This document shows positions 14,031 through 26,700 of a stretch of DNA of 64,000 nucleotides, in pieces. How positions within the stretch are numbered: the first letter of the stretch is position 1; each line of letters starts with the position of its first letter. The stretch is from Neovahlkampfia damariscottae (taxonomy: Eukaryota), in NCBI GenBank assembly GCA_016618085.1, contig JABLTG010000001.1, positions 372,001 through 436,000 of the forward strand, given 5' to 3'. The notes beneath the pieces are model-generated. The model searched no databases and was not told the DNA's origin. It saw only the letters and a list, made by a program, of their open reading frames with translations. The position numbers and the translations under genes are program-made.

Positions 14031-15326
14031 ATGACCTCTTGGAAACATTGTTCTTTGAGCAATTTAAAACAACAAGCACAGATACCAAATAAAGAGAAGC
14101 GTGTCAAATTGAATAAATTATTTTATAAACATCGAGAGTTGTTTTATGAGAATACAACAAAAGAGGAATGGAAGAGAAATGGATTCAAAAGATATAGTAC
14201 AAATCCAGATAAAATTATTATAACGCATAAAGATTTTCCAGATATTATAATGAAATTAATCAACCCAAAATATTTGAATGAAGAAAATTCTGAATCTCTA
14301 ATTAGACTAAATTTATCAAGAGTTTTTGTTGCTAGAGAAATTCAAAAATATTCAATAAAATGGGTAACCACACCTGTTAAACATATTTTGTATGTAGAAT
14401 CTTTAAATCAATGGTACTCTTCAGTTTTTTAAAATTTATTCTTTTTATTTAGGATTGTTGTAGCTCAAAAATTAAAAGAAGAAGATATGAATAATACAAA
14501 AGATAAATTAAAAGCACTAGATCAAGAACATTTAGATGGTAATTTTAAAAAAAAAAAACAAAATTTATATTTTCGTTTTATAGAATTATTTTATGTTTGC
14601 GAAAAAGTTGGTTTTTATGATTTAGCACCTAGAAATGTTGCTATTGTAAAATCATTTATTGGAGATAAAATCTATATTATTGATACTGAAAATATAACTG
14701 AAGTTACAGATGAAACAGAACAAGAGAGATTAGCTGAAATGAAATTTTTGTTTAAAATATTTTCAGAGAATTTAAATCCAAGTTTAAGTCCAAGATACAC
14801 TAAAAGATATGATCAACCAGATTTAAATTCACCTTCAAATTTAATTACTTCAAAATCATTGATTCGTCAATGGGAGAAATTTGCTATAATGAATAAATCA
14901 ATAAATAAGAAAGATTTGAAAAAGGAAGAAAAACATAAATTGTTGAGTCCAAAAAAATTGACGAATTTAACATTTAGAAGAAGTGAACAACCATCTCCAA
15001 AAGGTTATAAAAAAATATCAAATTTTGAATTGAATAGTTTAATTACAACAACTAGAAGAGTTTCAGATGTTGAAGTTAGGAAATTTAACTCATTAAAAGA
15101 TATTGAACCTGGTGAATCATTGACTCCAAGAATACCTGGATCACCATCAACACCTCAATCAAGTCCTTCAAGTGATTCGTCAACAGAATCAACGACATTA
15201 TCAAGAGATTCAATCTCAAAAAGTTCACCAAATCTATTTAAAAAATCGAATTCATTTCGGGATTTATCTGAATCTATAATTTTACAACAACAGGGGACTG
15301 ATAATGGTATCGAAGAAAATTTGTAA
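14031..15326 (+). CDS. Atypical protein-kinase-like protein with Ser-rich tail
   Basis: IIMK (VAIK-like), GFYDLAPRNVAIV (catalytic loop) and IYIIDTE (DFG-like); two short introns near 14413-14451 and 14539-14583. Confidence 0.6.
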
Positions 15327-15362
15327 ATAAAACAATATTGTGAATACATCAAAAAATATATT

Positions 15363-16361
15363 TTATTTTTTTTGATGTTCATTTGTTGATGATTCAGTGA
15401 TTATATTTTTGTACAATTTTGAAACTCTAAAAAATGAAAATAAGATAATTAATGAGCAAATCAAATATCCAATCATTTTAAAATTCAATATATCTCTGGA
15501 AAATCTGATTGAAAATTCAAAAATGGATTTAATTAAACATGGTTCAATTAAAATATTGAATATTTTTGAATTTTGATGTGAGCCATCAAAAAACCAATAT
15601 TCAGATAGATAATTCAATATTACCAATGACATGGTAGCGAATTGTATTGGAAAGTTTAAAAAATAAATTTCAATATTCAAATAAATTAAATTCAATATTG
15701 ACTTTTCTTTCATATAAAAAAAATAAAATTTTGAAAAAGTTGATAAATTTTGAGAAATTGAATACCCAAAAATGAAAATTAAAAAATAAAAAAATATTTT
15801 CAATTTTGTGTTCATTTCTCTTCGTTTTATGTATTGATTTATGATTAAATATTTCAGTGATTCATCTAAAATCCCAAAAACTTGAATATTAAAAAATTTG
15901 TTTTCTTCACCTAAAATTGAATTGATGATCAAAAACATGAATTCAATAACTTTTTCACTTGGTCCAGAAATGATTCTGAAAAAATTTATAATGATTTTTT
16001 ATCTTTACTGTGATATAAAAATCAAAAGAATATGTAAAAAATAATTCAAAATTATCATTAAAAAATTAGAAATTAAACCAACAGAAAATAATTCAAAAAT
16101 CAATTGATTTGATAATACTGTTTTGTTTTTCAAAAAAATTGAAATCAATATTAAAATTATTATGCTTGATATAAATAGAATAAATGAGAATATTCCTAAA
16201 ATATTTGAAAATAAAAACAAAATAAAGATTAAAAAAAAAGTTAAAATGAATGACATTAAAATAAGAAACCAATTTGAAAAGAAATTATTTTTTGTGAATA
16301 ACACAGGTTCATTATTTGAAATTAAAAAACTTTCTTGATCATCATCATCTGATGAATCCAT
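15363..16361 (-). CDS. Multi-pass membrane protein, degenerate PrsW-like
   Basis: Many TM segments. GILDESLK and FGYSISQN resemble the PrsW EExxK and GFxxxEN motifs. One intron near 15977-16008. Confidence 0.45.
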
Positions 16362-16400
16362 TGTAAAGAATGAAACAATTTGATTGGTTGTTTAAAACAT

Positions 16401-17726
16401 TTATTTTTTGATATTGTGATCAGTTGCATATTTTTGAGTATGATAATCTCTCAATAAATTATCAACATCATCTAAAGATTGATGTTTAATATCTGATAAA
16501 TTCTTAATTCTATTGGTGCAAATTTTAATATCTTCATCAGTTAAATCCAATTGTAATTGATCAACTCTATTTTTAATTGCATTCCAACCAGTTAATCTAT
16601 GTGCAATATGAATATATCTTGACATTCCAAAATCTTCTGGATTTAATATTTCATAAGTTGATGGATTATTTAACATTGCTTTTGTATGAATTCCAGCTTT
16701 ATGATTAAATGCACAAAAACCAGTTATATAATTATTAAATGGAACATTAACTTCAACTAAATCTGCAACATAATTTTCAATTTCTCTTAATGATTTTAAA
16801 TCATATTTTGATTTGACACCTTCTGGGTCTGCTACATACATCGCTGCAATAAAACCACCTAATGGTGTAATACCATTTCTTTCACCAATTCCAAGTACAG
16901 ATGTATCAACATGTGTGATACCAGCTTCTAATGCTGCATATGAATTTGCAATAGCAAAACCTGTATCATTATGACCATGAAATTCAATATCACATGAAAC
17001 TACTGATCTAACTGTTTTAACTAATTCATATACTTGTCTTGGATTTGCTACACCAACTGTATCTGCGATACCAACTCTATCAACTCCTAATGCATCTACT
17101 GCTTTATAAATTTGAAGTAAATCTACAATATCACTTCTAAATGAATCTTCTGTACTAAAACGTACTTGTAATCCTTGTTCTTTGATAAAACTTACAACTT
17201 TTTGTGCACTTTCTATAATATATGGTATATCTTTTCCGTGAGAAAATTCACGAAGGTATGAAGAAGTACCAAATACAACATCAATTCCATCAACACCACA
17301 ATCAATAGCAACTTTAGCATCGTGTAAATGACAACGTACGTGTGTAAGAATTTTTGATTTTTTTAATCCAAGTTTAGCGATAGCTTCACAATCTTTACGA
17401 CTCTTTTTGAGATTTTTAATTTTTAATTCTCATTCTTACTTGTTCTGAAGATAAAGGTGATGTGACTTCAAGGAAATCAACACCAAAATCATTCAACATT
17501 TGAGCAATGTTTAATTTTTCATCAGGTTTAAAAAAAGAATTGGAAAATTGTTCACCTAATTTTGTTAATATTAATCAGTCAAACCTTCTCTCAATGTTGA
17601 TTCAATAATTTTAAAATTTTGAAGGTTATTGTGAGATTCACGAAATTTGATTGAAGAACTGTCATTCAGTCCATAATTTCTTTTTAATAAAGATTTTTGA
17701 TTCAAAAATTTTGAGAGTCTGAGCAT
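16401..17726 (-). CDS. LYS21: Homocitrate synthase (fungal Lys20/Lys21 type) with mitochondrial-type presequence
   Basis: [67 protein letters not shown] and [10 protein letters not shown]; introns 17556-17584 and 17403-17439. Confidence 0.95.
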
Positions 17727-17874
17727 GGTTTTTCTAACGTAAACTCAACAGAAATAATTGGCTAAAATTGAAGGAATTTAAAACATGTGATTGGCTAAAT
17801 TTACCGGAAAAATCCAAATTAGGAGAATTTCCTTTTATCCTCTACATTTTATACCACAACCAAAAAGAGAAAGT

Positions 17875-19102
<1,228 letters not shown>

Positions 19103-19156
19103 CAACCACTAAAAGAACGGAAAAACAATTGACCAATCATTCTTCTCAAACGAAAC
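19103..19156. promoter_or_regulatory. 54-bp bidirectional promoter with a single CCAAT box (19133-19137)
   Basis: Divergent ATGs at 19102 (-) and 19157 (+), with GACCAATCA between them. Confidence 0.7.
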
Positions 19157-21213
19157 ATGTCTTCAAAACAGACTTTAGTTGAAAAAATTGTTCAAAAGTT
19201 TGTAAAAGAATCAAAACCAGTTTTCTCAGGTGATTATGTTACCATTCAACCAAAACATTGTCTCACTCATGACAACACAGCTGCAGTTATTAATAAATTT
19301 AAAACTTTATCTGTTACAAAAGTTAAAAATCCAAAACAACCAGTTTTTGTACTTGACCATAATGTACAAGATAAATCAGAAATGAACTTAAAAAAATACA
19401 AAAACATTGAAAATTTTGCAAAAGAACATTCAGTTAATTTTTATAACGCTGGTTTGAATAAGATTTTTTAAAAAATAGTATAGGAAGAGGAATTGGTCAT
19501 CAAGTAATGTGTGAAGAAGGGTACGCTTGGCCTTTATCAGTAGTTGTGGCATCTGATTCACATTCAAATATGGTTTTATAAAAATTAAATTTAACACAAA
19601 AAAAGTATGGAGGAATTGGTTGTTTAGGAACACCTATTGTTAGAACAGATGCAGCAAGTATTTGGGCAACAGGAGAAACATGGTGGCAAATTCCTAAAAT
19701 AGCAAAAGTTGAATTTGTTGGAAAACTTCAACCAGGAGTTACAGGCAAAGATGTAATCATAACCCTTTGTGGATTATACAATTCAGATGAAGTTTTAAAC
19801 CATGCAATTGAATTTACTGGTGAAGGTGTTAATACATTATCCATTGATGATCGTTTAACCATTGCAAATATGACAACTGAATGGGTATTAATTTTTAAAT
19901 GATTAAATTTATTTTGAAGGGTGCTTTAGTTGGATTATTTCCATGTGATTCAAATACATTAAATTGGTTAGAATATCAAAAATCAAAAAATATTACTATT
20001 GAGTCAATTCTAAATTTAGAAAAGAATAATTTTAAAAGTGATGAAGGATCATTTTATTCAAAACATATAACACTAGATTTAAGTCTTGTTTCACCTTATA
20101 TTTCAGGACCAAATCATGTCAAAATAATGCAGAGCGCGAATGAAATTCAAAAAAAAAAAATTGAAATTCAAAAAGCATATATTGTCTCTTGTGTCAATAG
20201 TAGAACATCAGATTTAGAAGAAGCGTCAAAAATTTTAAAAGGAAAGAAAATTTCAAAGAATGTTGAGTTATACATCAGTGCAGCATCTTCAAATGTCTTA
20301 AAAGAATGTGAAGATTCAGGTGTTTGGAAAGATTTATTAGATTCAGGTGCAACACCTTTAACACCAGGTTGTGGTCCTTGTATTGGTTTAGGAACAGGTT
20401 TATTGGAAGATGGTGAAGTTGGTATTTCTGCCACCAATAGAAATTTTAAAGGAAGAATGGGTTCAAGAAATGCTGAAGTTTATTTATCATCACCTGGTGT
20501 TGTAGCAGAAAGTGCATTGAATGGATACATTAAAGTAATTCATCAAATATTCAATTAATACTTTATCATTTTAGTCACCTTATTCAGTTGAAGATTCTCT
20601 TTTAAAAAAACAAATCAAAGAGAATAAACAACAAAAAAATATTTCAAGTGTTGAATTGACAGAAGGATTTCCAAAAGAAATTGAAGGAGATTTCATTTTT
20701 TGTTATCAAGATAATTTAAATACTGATGGTATTTATCCAGGAAAATATACTTATAATGAAAATATTACATTGGAAGAACAAGCTAAAGTTTGTATGGAAA
20801 ATTATGATACAGAATTTGTTAATCTTACAAAAGAAGGTGATATTTTAGTTAGTGGATATAATTTTGGTACTGGATCATCACGTGAACAAGCTGCTACATC
20901 ATTAAAAGCAAAAGGAATTCAATGTTTATTTGCAGGATCATTTAGTGAAACTTATAAAAGAAATGCTATTAATAATGGATTTTTAGTGATAGAAGTACCT
21001 GAATTAGTCAATTATTTTAAAGAAAAATTTGGCCAATCAAAATTAACAGTTCAAACAAAATTCAAAGCAAAAATTAATTTTGAAAAATCAAATGTGATTG
21101 TTATTACTGATAAAAATGAAGAATTAGAATTTTCATTTTCACCTGTCGGAAAAATTGCACAAGACATGATTGTATGTGGAGGATTAGAGAATTGGATCAA
21201 CAACCAAAAATAA
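19157..21213 (+). CDS. LYS4: Homoaconitase (fused large and small subunit, fungal Lys4 type)
   Basis: QTLVEKIVQ...[74 protein letters not shown] and [11 protein letters not shown]; four introns. Confidence 0.95.
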
Positions 21214-21226
21214 AAATTGAAGATTT

Positions 21227-23660
21227 TTAATTTGATTTCGCTAAATTTAAAGCACTTCCCGCTTTAAACCATGAAATTTGTTGATTATTCATCGTATGAT
21301 TCAATAAGATTTCAATTTCATTTCCATTTGATTTTTTAACTTTCATTTTAAGTTGTTTTTCAGGTTGTAACTCAGTAACATACAATGTAATTCTATCACT
21401 TGAATCAATTTTATCATAATCTTTTGGATCTGAAAATGTCAATGGAAGCATTCCTTGTCTTTTTAAATTAGTTTCATGAATTCTTGCAAATGATTTAACA
21501 ATAACTGCTCTACCTCCTAAATAACGTGGTGAGAGAGCTGCTTGTTCTCTAGCACTTCCTTTTAAAAAAATTTAATAATTATTGAATCTTACCTTCTCCA
21601 TAATTTTCTTCACCAATCACAATCCATGGTGTATTTTCATTTTGATAATGTCTTGCAGTATCTGGTACTTTTTCAAATTCACCACTAATTTGATTTTTAA
21701 CTAAATTTGGTTTTTTATTATCATGATTAATTGCACCAATCAACATATTATTTGAAAGATTATCCAAATGACCTCTTAATTTTAACCATGGACCTGCCAT
21801 TGAAATATGATCTGTTGTGCATTTTCCTGATATTTTAATCAAAACATACGCATCTTCAATATTTTTTCCATCCCATTCAGAAAATGGTTTTAATAATTGA
21901 ATTTTTTCACTTTTTGGATCAATTTTAACTTGAACATTTTTTCTATCTTTTGGTGGTGCAATAAATGTATCAACACCATTATCAAATCCAATAGTTGGTA
22001 ATTCATCACCTTTTGGTGGTGATAATTTAAATGGTTTTCCATCACTACCAATTAATGAGTCATGAATTGGATTGAAGTCAATTCTTCCAGCAAATGCCAT
22101 TGCAGTTGTAACTTCTGGTGATGCAACAAATGCATGAGTTCCAATATTTCCATCATTTCTTAAAGCAAAATTACGATTATATGAAGTTACAATTGAATTT
22201 TTTTCACCTTTTTCAACATCTTTTCTGTTCCATTGTCCAATGCAAGGTCCACAAGCATTAGCTAATACTAAACCACCTGCTTCTTTGAGAGTATCAAGAA
22301 TTCCATCTCTTTCAATAGTTGCTCTAATTTTTTCACTTCCTGGTGTAATTGTGAAGCCAGATTTGACTTTTATTCCATGTGACAAAGCTTGTTTACAAAT
22401 TGATGCAACTCTTGACATGTCTTCATATGATGAATTTGTACAACTTCCTATTAAAGCATATTTTAATTCTGCAGGCCAATCATTTTTCTTGATGTTTTCT
22501 TTGAGGTCTGAAAGTTTATTACCGAGATCTGGAGTAAATGGACCATTTAATTGTGGTTCTAATTTTGATAAATCAATTTCAATTTCTTTATCATAAACAC
22601 AATTTTTATCAGCTGTCAAAAATGATCTGTTTTCTCTTGCAAGATTAGCCAATTCACTTCTTCCTGTTGAATTTAAGTAATCACTCATTCTTTCTGAATA
22701 TGGGAAAATTGATGTAGTAGCACCAATTTCAGCTCCCATATTTGTAATGGTTGCCATTCCAGTGCATGAAATAGATTCTAAACCTTCACCATAATATTCA
22801 ACGATTGCACCTGTACCTCCTTTAGCAGACAACATATCAGCAATTTTTAATATTATATCTTTTGGTGAGCACCACTCATTTAATTTTCCTGTTAATTTTA
22901 CACCAAATACTATTTTGAAATGCAGTTGTTTAAAAAAAATTGAAAAGTTTACCTTTTGGCGCTTTTAATTCCCATGGAAATCCAGCCATCACATCAACAA
23001 CATCTGCACCACCAACTCCAATTGCACACATACCTAAACCACCAGCATTAACAGTATGACTATCAGAACCAATCATTAAACCACCTGGAAAAGCATAATT
23101 TTCCAAAACAATTTGATGAATAATTCCTGAATTTGGTTTCCAAAAACCTACATCATATTTGGCTCCAGCTGATTGTAAAAAATCAAAAAGTTCTTGATTT
23201 GCTTCTATAGCAACTTTGGCATCAGCTTCACCTCCATTTTCGGCAACAATCAAATGATCACAATGAATTGAAGAAGGAACAGCGACATTTTCTTTTCCAG
23301 TTGACATGAATTGAAGTAAAGCCATCTAAAAATTAATATAATTTTTATATTACAGGTGCTGTGGCATCCTCAAAAAAAATGTTAAAAAAGAAGAAAAGTT
23401 ACTTGCATAGCTACTCTATCAGGTCTTAAATTCAAATAAGTATTTCCTCTAGAAATATTTTGTTTAGGATCATCTAAATGACTGTAGAGTACTTTTTCTG
23501 AGAGTGTCAAAGGTCTATCGAGGTTTTGACGAACAACTTTTAAATTTTCCAATAATTTATCATAACTGAAATATTTTCCTTCATCCAAAGGACTAATCTG
23601 AACTTTATTTGAGTATAATCTTTTGCTCTTGTTAATCAAAGAAGAACTTTTTCTTAGCAT
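21227..23660 (-). CDS. Mitochondrial-type aconitase, probable homocitrate dehydratase (Aco2-like)
   Basis: [48 protein letters not shown] and NYGEGSARE; presequence [17 protein letters not shown]; four introns, two of which flank a 15-nt exon. Confidence 0.93.
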
Positions 23661-23757
23661 CACAAAGTGGAATGAAGAATTGGAATGAAATGATTGGACA
23701 ATTTTTTTTAATTTTTCCGGAGAATTTAAATTGGAGGTTATTTGAAAATTTTTATTT

Positions 23758-26700
23758 TTAAATCCATGAACTCCATCCAACCCACATTCTTCCAAGAACA
23801 TTTGGATCAGTTGCCAAATCAATTAAGCACATAACTTGTTGTTTTTCTGAAGCACAAATTTCACCAACTTTTGCTCTGTAGTCAGAACTTGCATCACCTC
23901 GAACAACTTTTTTAATTTGTTTATAAACTTGTGCAATTTGTCTATTATTTTTAACTTCTTCACACATTATGTCAACTGGATTTTCCAATTCCAATTTTCT
24001 TTTTGCAATGTTGATTTTATTTTTTGGATACCAAATATGTTCATACTCTACTTGTGATTCTTCATCATCAGAATCTTTTATTGATTCAATTGATGGTTCA
24101 CTATTAATTGAAAGAACAATATTTTTTCTTTGTTGAGCTGATTGTCTTTCTGCAAACTTCAACCAGTCAGTCAAAGGTTCTTTAATGAACACTTCCATCA
24201 CATTTAATAATAATTCTTTTTGTTCTCTCAATGCAATTAAACAATGTGTCATAGATTGTGAAAATATATTTTCTTCTTCTCTTGAAAAAAGAGGACCCAT
24301 CAAACTAGTGATTTGTCTTGTTAAACGAAATGGTACAATTTCAGGAACTCCTAAATTTTCAACACCAGAACCAAATGCATGTCCAAAATCAATTGCAACA
24401 ATAGATCCATCAGTTTTGTCAATTAATACATTTTCCAAATGTCTGTCACCAATACCTAAAATATATGAACAAATGTTCACTGTGGAAACTGAACGAGTAA
24501 ATCTATTTCTGATGGTGAAATATGCTTCATTCGATGCACATAAAGATTTGAGGCCATTAATTAACAAATCTTTTGGAACCTCAGACCAAAGTTCTTTCAT
24601 TTTGTTATTGATTACATCTTTGGTTGCTTTTTCATACATTTTGATGTAAATTTGAGAAGTTGACGCTGATCTTTTTGCAAATGATTTTGAAAACCAATCA
24701 ATGACAGCTCCACCATGAATATTACAACCTCTGTTTGTTCCAGTTGCAATAGAATATTGTTTATCTAAAATTTCTTTCATTGGAGCTGTATTTTGTACCC
24801 ATTCAACCATACCAACATTCTTAGACAAAGGAATCACAGAATAGGTATTCAAGGTTAAATTTCTTTGATGACAGGTGTGATCTGTTTTCAAAATGTTATT
24901 CATAATCGAAAATAATTGTTCAATTCTTTGATCTTGTCTCATATCTTCACCTCCTTTCACCAAGAAGAAGTGTTCTTTTTCATCATCACCATTGATTTTA
25001 ATTCTTTTTGGAAGTCTAATTGAATGTAACAATAATAATTTTGAGTCGATACTTCCAACTTTTACAATTGAATCTGAAGGTGGAGTCATTGTCATATTTC
25101 CATATTGACCTGGAACTTCAATGAAATCTAATTCATTATCAGATCCTTGATAGTCTGCCAACCATTTTGAAAATTCTCTCAAATATGATAGTTTTGGATC
25201 TTTTGTATCCCTATTTGATGTATCAAATACTTTACTGACTGTTTGTGCGAATTCTGTGTGAGTCATTTTAACTAATTTTTCACCATTTTTTCCAAATTTA
25301 GCTTTTACTTTTGGAGCATATTCTTTAGCAAATTTTTCATTGTAAGACCCAATTTCCGAGATTGTTGGATCAAAAAGATCTTCATACATTTCATTGAACA
25401 TTGCAATAATAATTTCATCATTCTTTGATTTCACTGCTGTGTTTAATTTATCTTTCCAATCTTTCAATCTTAATTCTGGATGTGTAAGTTTGCCCAAATG
25501 GAAAATAAATTTTTCTAATAATGGTGACTTCAATTTTGAATACAATAAATCCAATTTCGATTTTACACTCTTTGGAGGTTTTAAATCATCTTTACTGACA
25601 TTAATAGGAAAATAAATTGATTGTGGATATTTTTCAGCAATATTGATCAAAATATCAACCAAATAAATTGCTTGATTTCCATTTAGATATGGAATGATTT
25701 GAGAAACCCAATCAATGAACATCCAACTCGGAATTTGATCAATATATTCCTTGAACACATTTCCAATTTTTGAATATTTTTCCAAGATTTCTAAAACAAC
25801 TGTAAATCTTTGAGCTGCTTGTCTATTTCCTAAACTCATAGATTTCAAATAACTTTTAGATATTTCCAGTCCAATTTCTTCTGTTGGATTTCTCTTGTAC
25901 AATTGATTACAAAAAACACCAAATTTCATTAAAGAAGATGATAATTTGTTTGAATTTTCTTTTTCAAGAATGTCAATACTTTTTCTAAACTCAGTCATTG
26001 TTTTTTGATTTAGTTCTTTTTGTGTTCCAAATGAATTGGAATCCATTTTTACTTGAGTCATTCTTTCATCAAGAGATGTGTAAACTTGTGCTTTGAGAAA
26101 ATGAAATTCTGCCGCATGTTTATTCAAATCAAGTTCACCAGCTTTATTTTGAATGTAATTTTCAAGTTTTTCAAAATTATCAACCCAATCTTTTTGACTC
26201 TTATTTGATTTGATTAAATAGAGTTTTACCATATTTTTGAAGAAATCAAATTCACTGTCTTGAACACTGTTTTTGTTTCTGAGACTTTGAACTTTTTTAA
26301 TAAATGTTTGAGCAACAAAAAGGTTATTTTGTTTTCTTGCCGCTTTTGTTCCATTCAAAAACATACGAACTTGTTCAGATTCAATTTTTGATTTGATACT
26401 TTGAATAATGTCCGTTTTATTCACATGATTTGCAAATTTTTGATCTAAATTTGAAACAGTAGATTCAAAAGATTCGTTTCTTAGCATTAAAATATTTTCC
26501 CAAAGATTCAAGTCGTCAAGTTGTAAATTTGGATATTTCAAATTCCAATGTGACAATACCTTATGGATTTTATGTTCATTACCATTTTTCATTGAAATAG
26601 CATCTTCAAATTCAACTAAATATTGAAGTTTTTGTAAATAAAAATGTCTTTCATTCTTCGCTAAGTCAGAAAGAGATGACCATTTTTCAATAAATTCATC

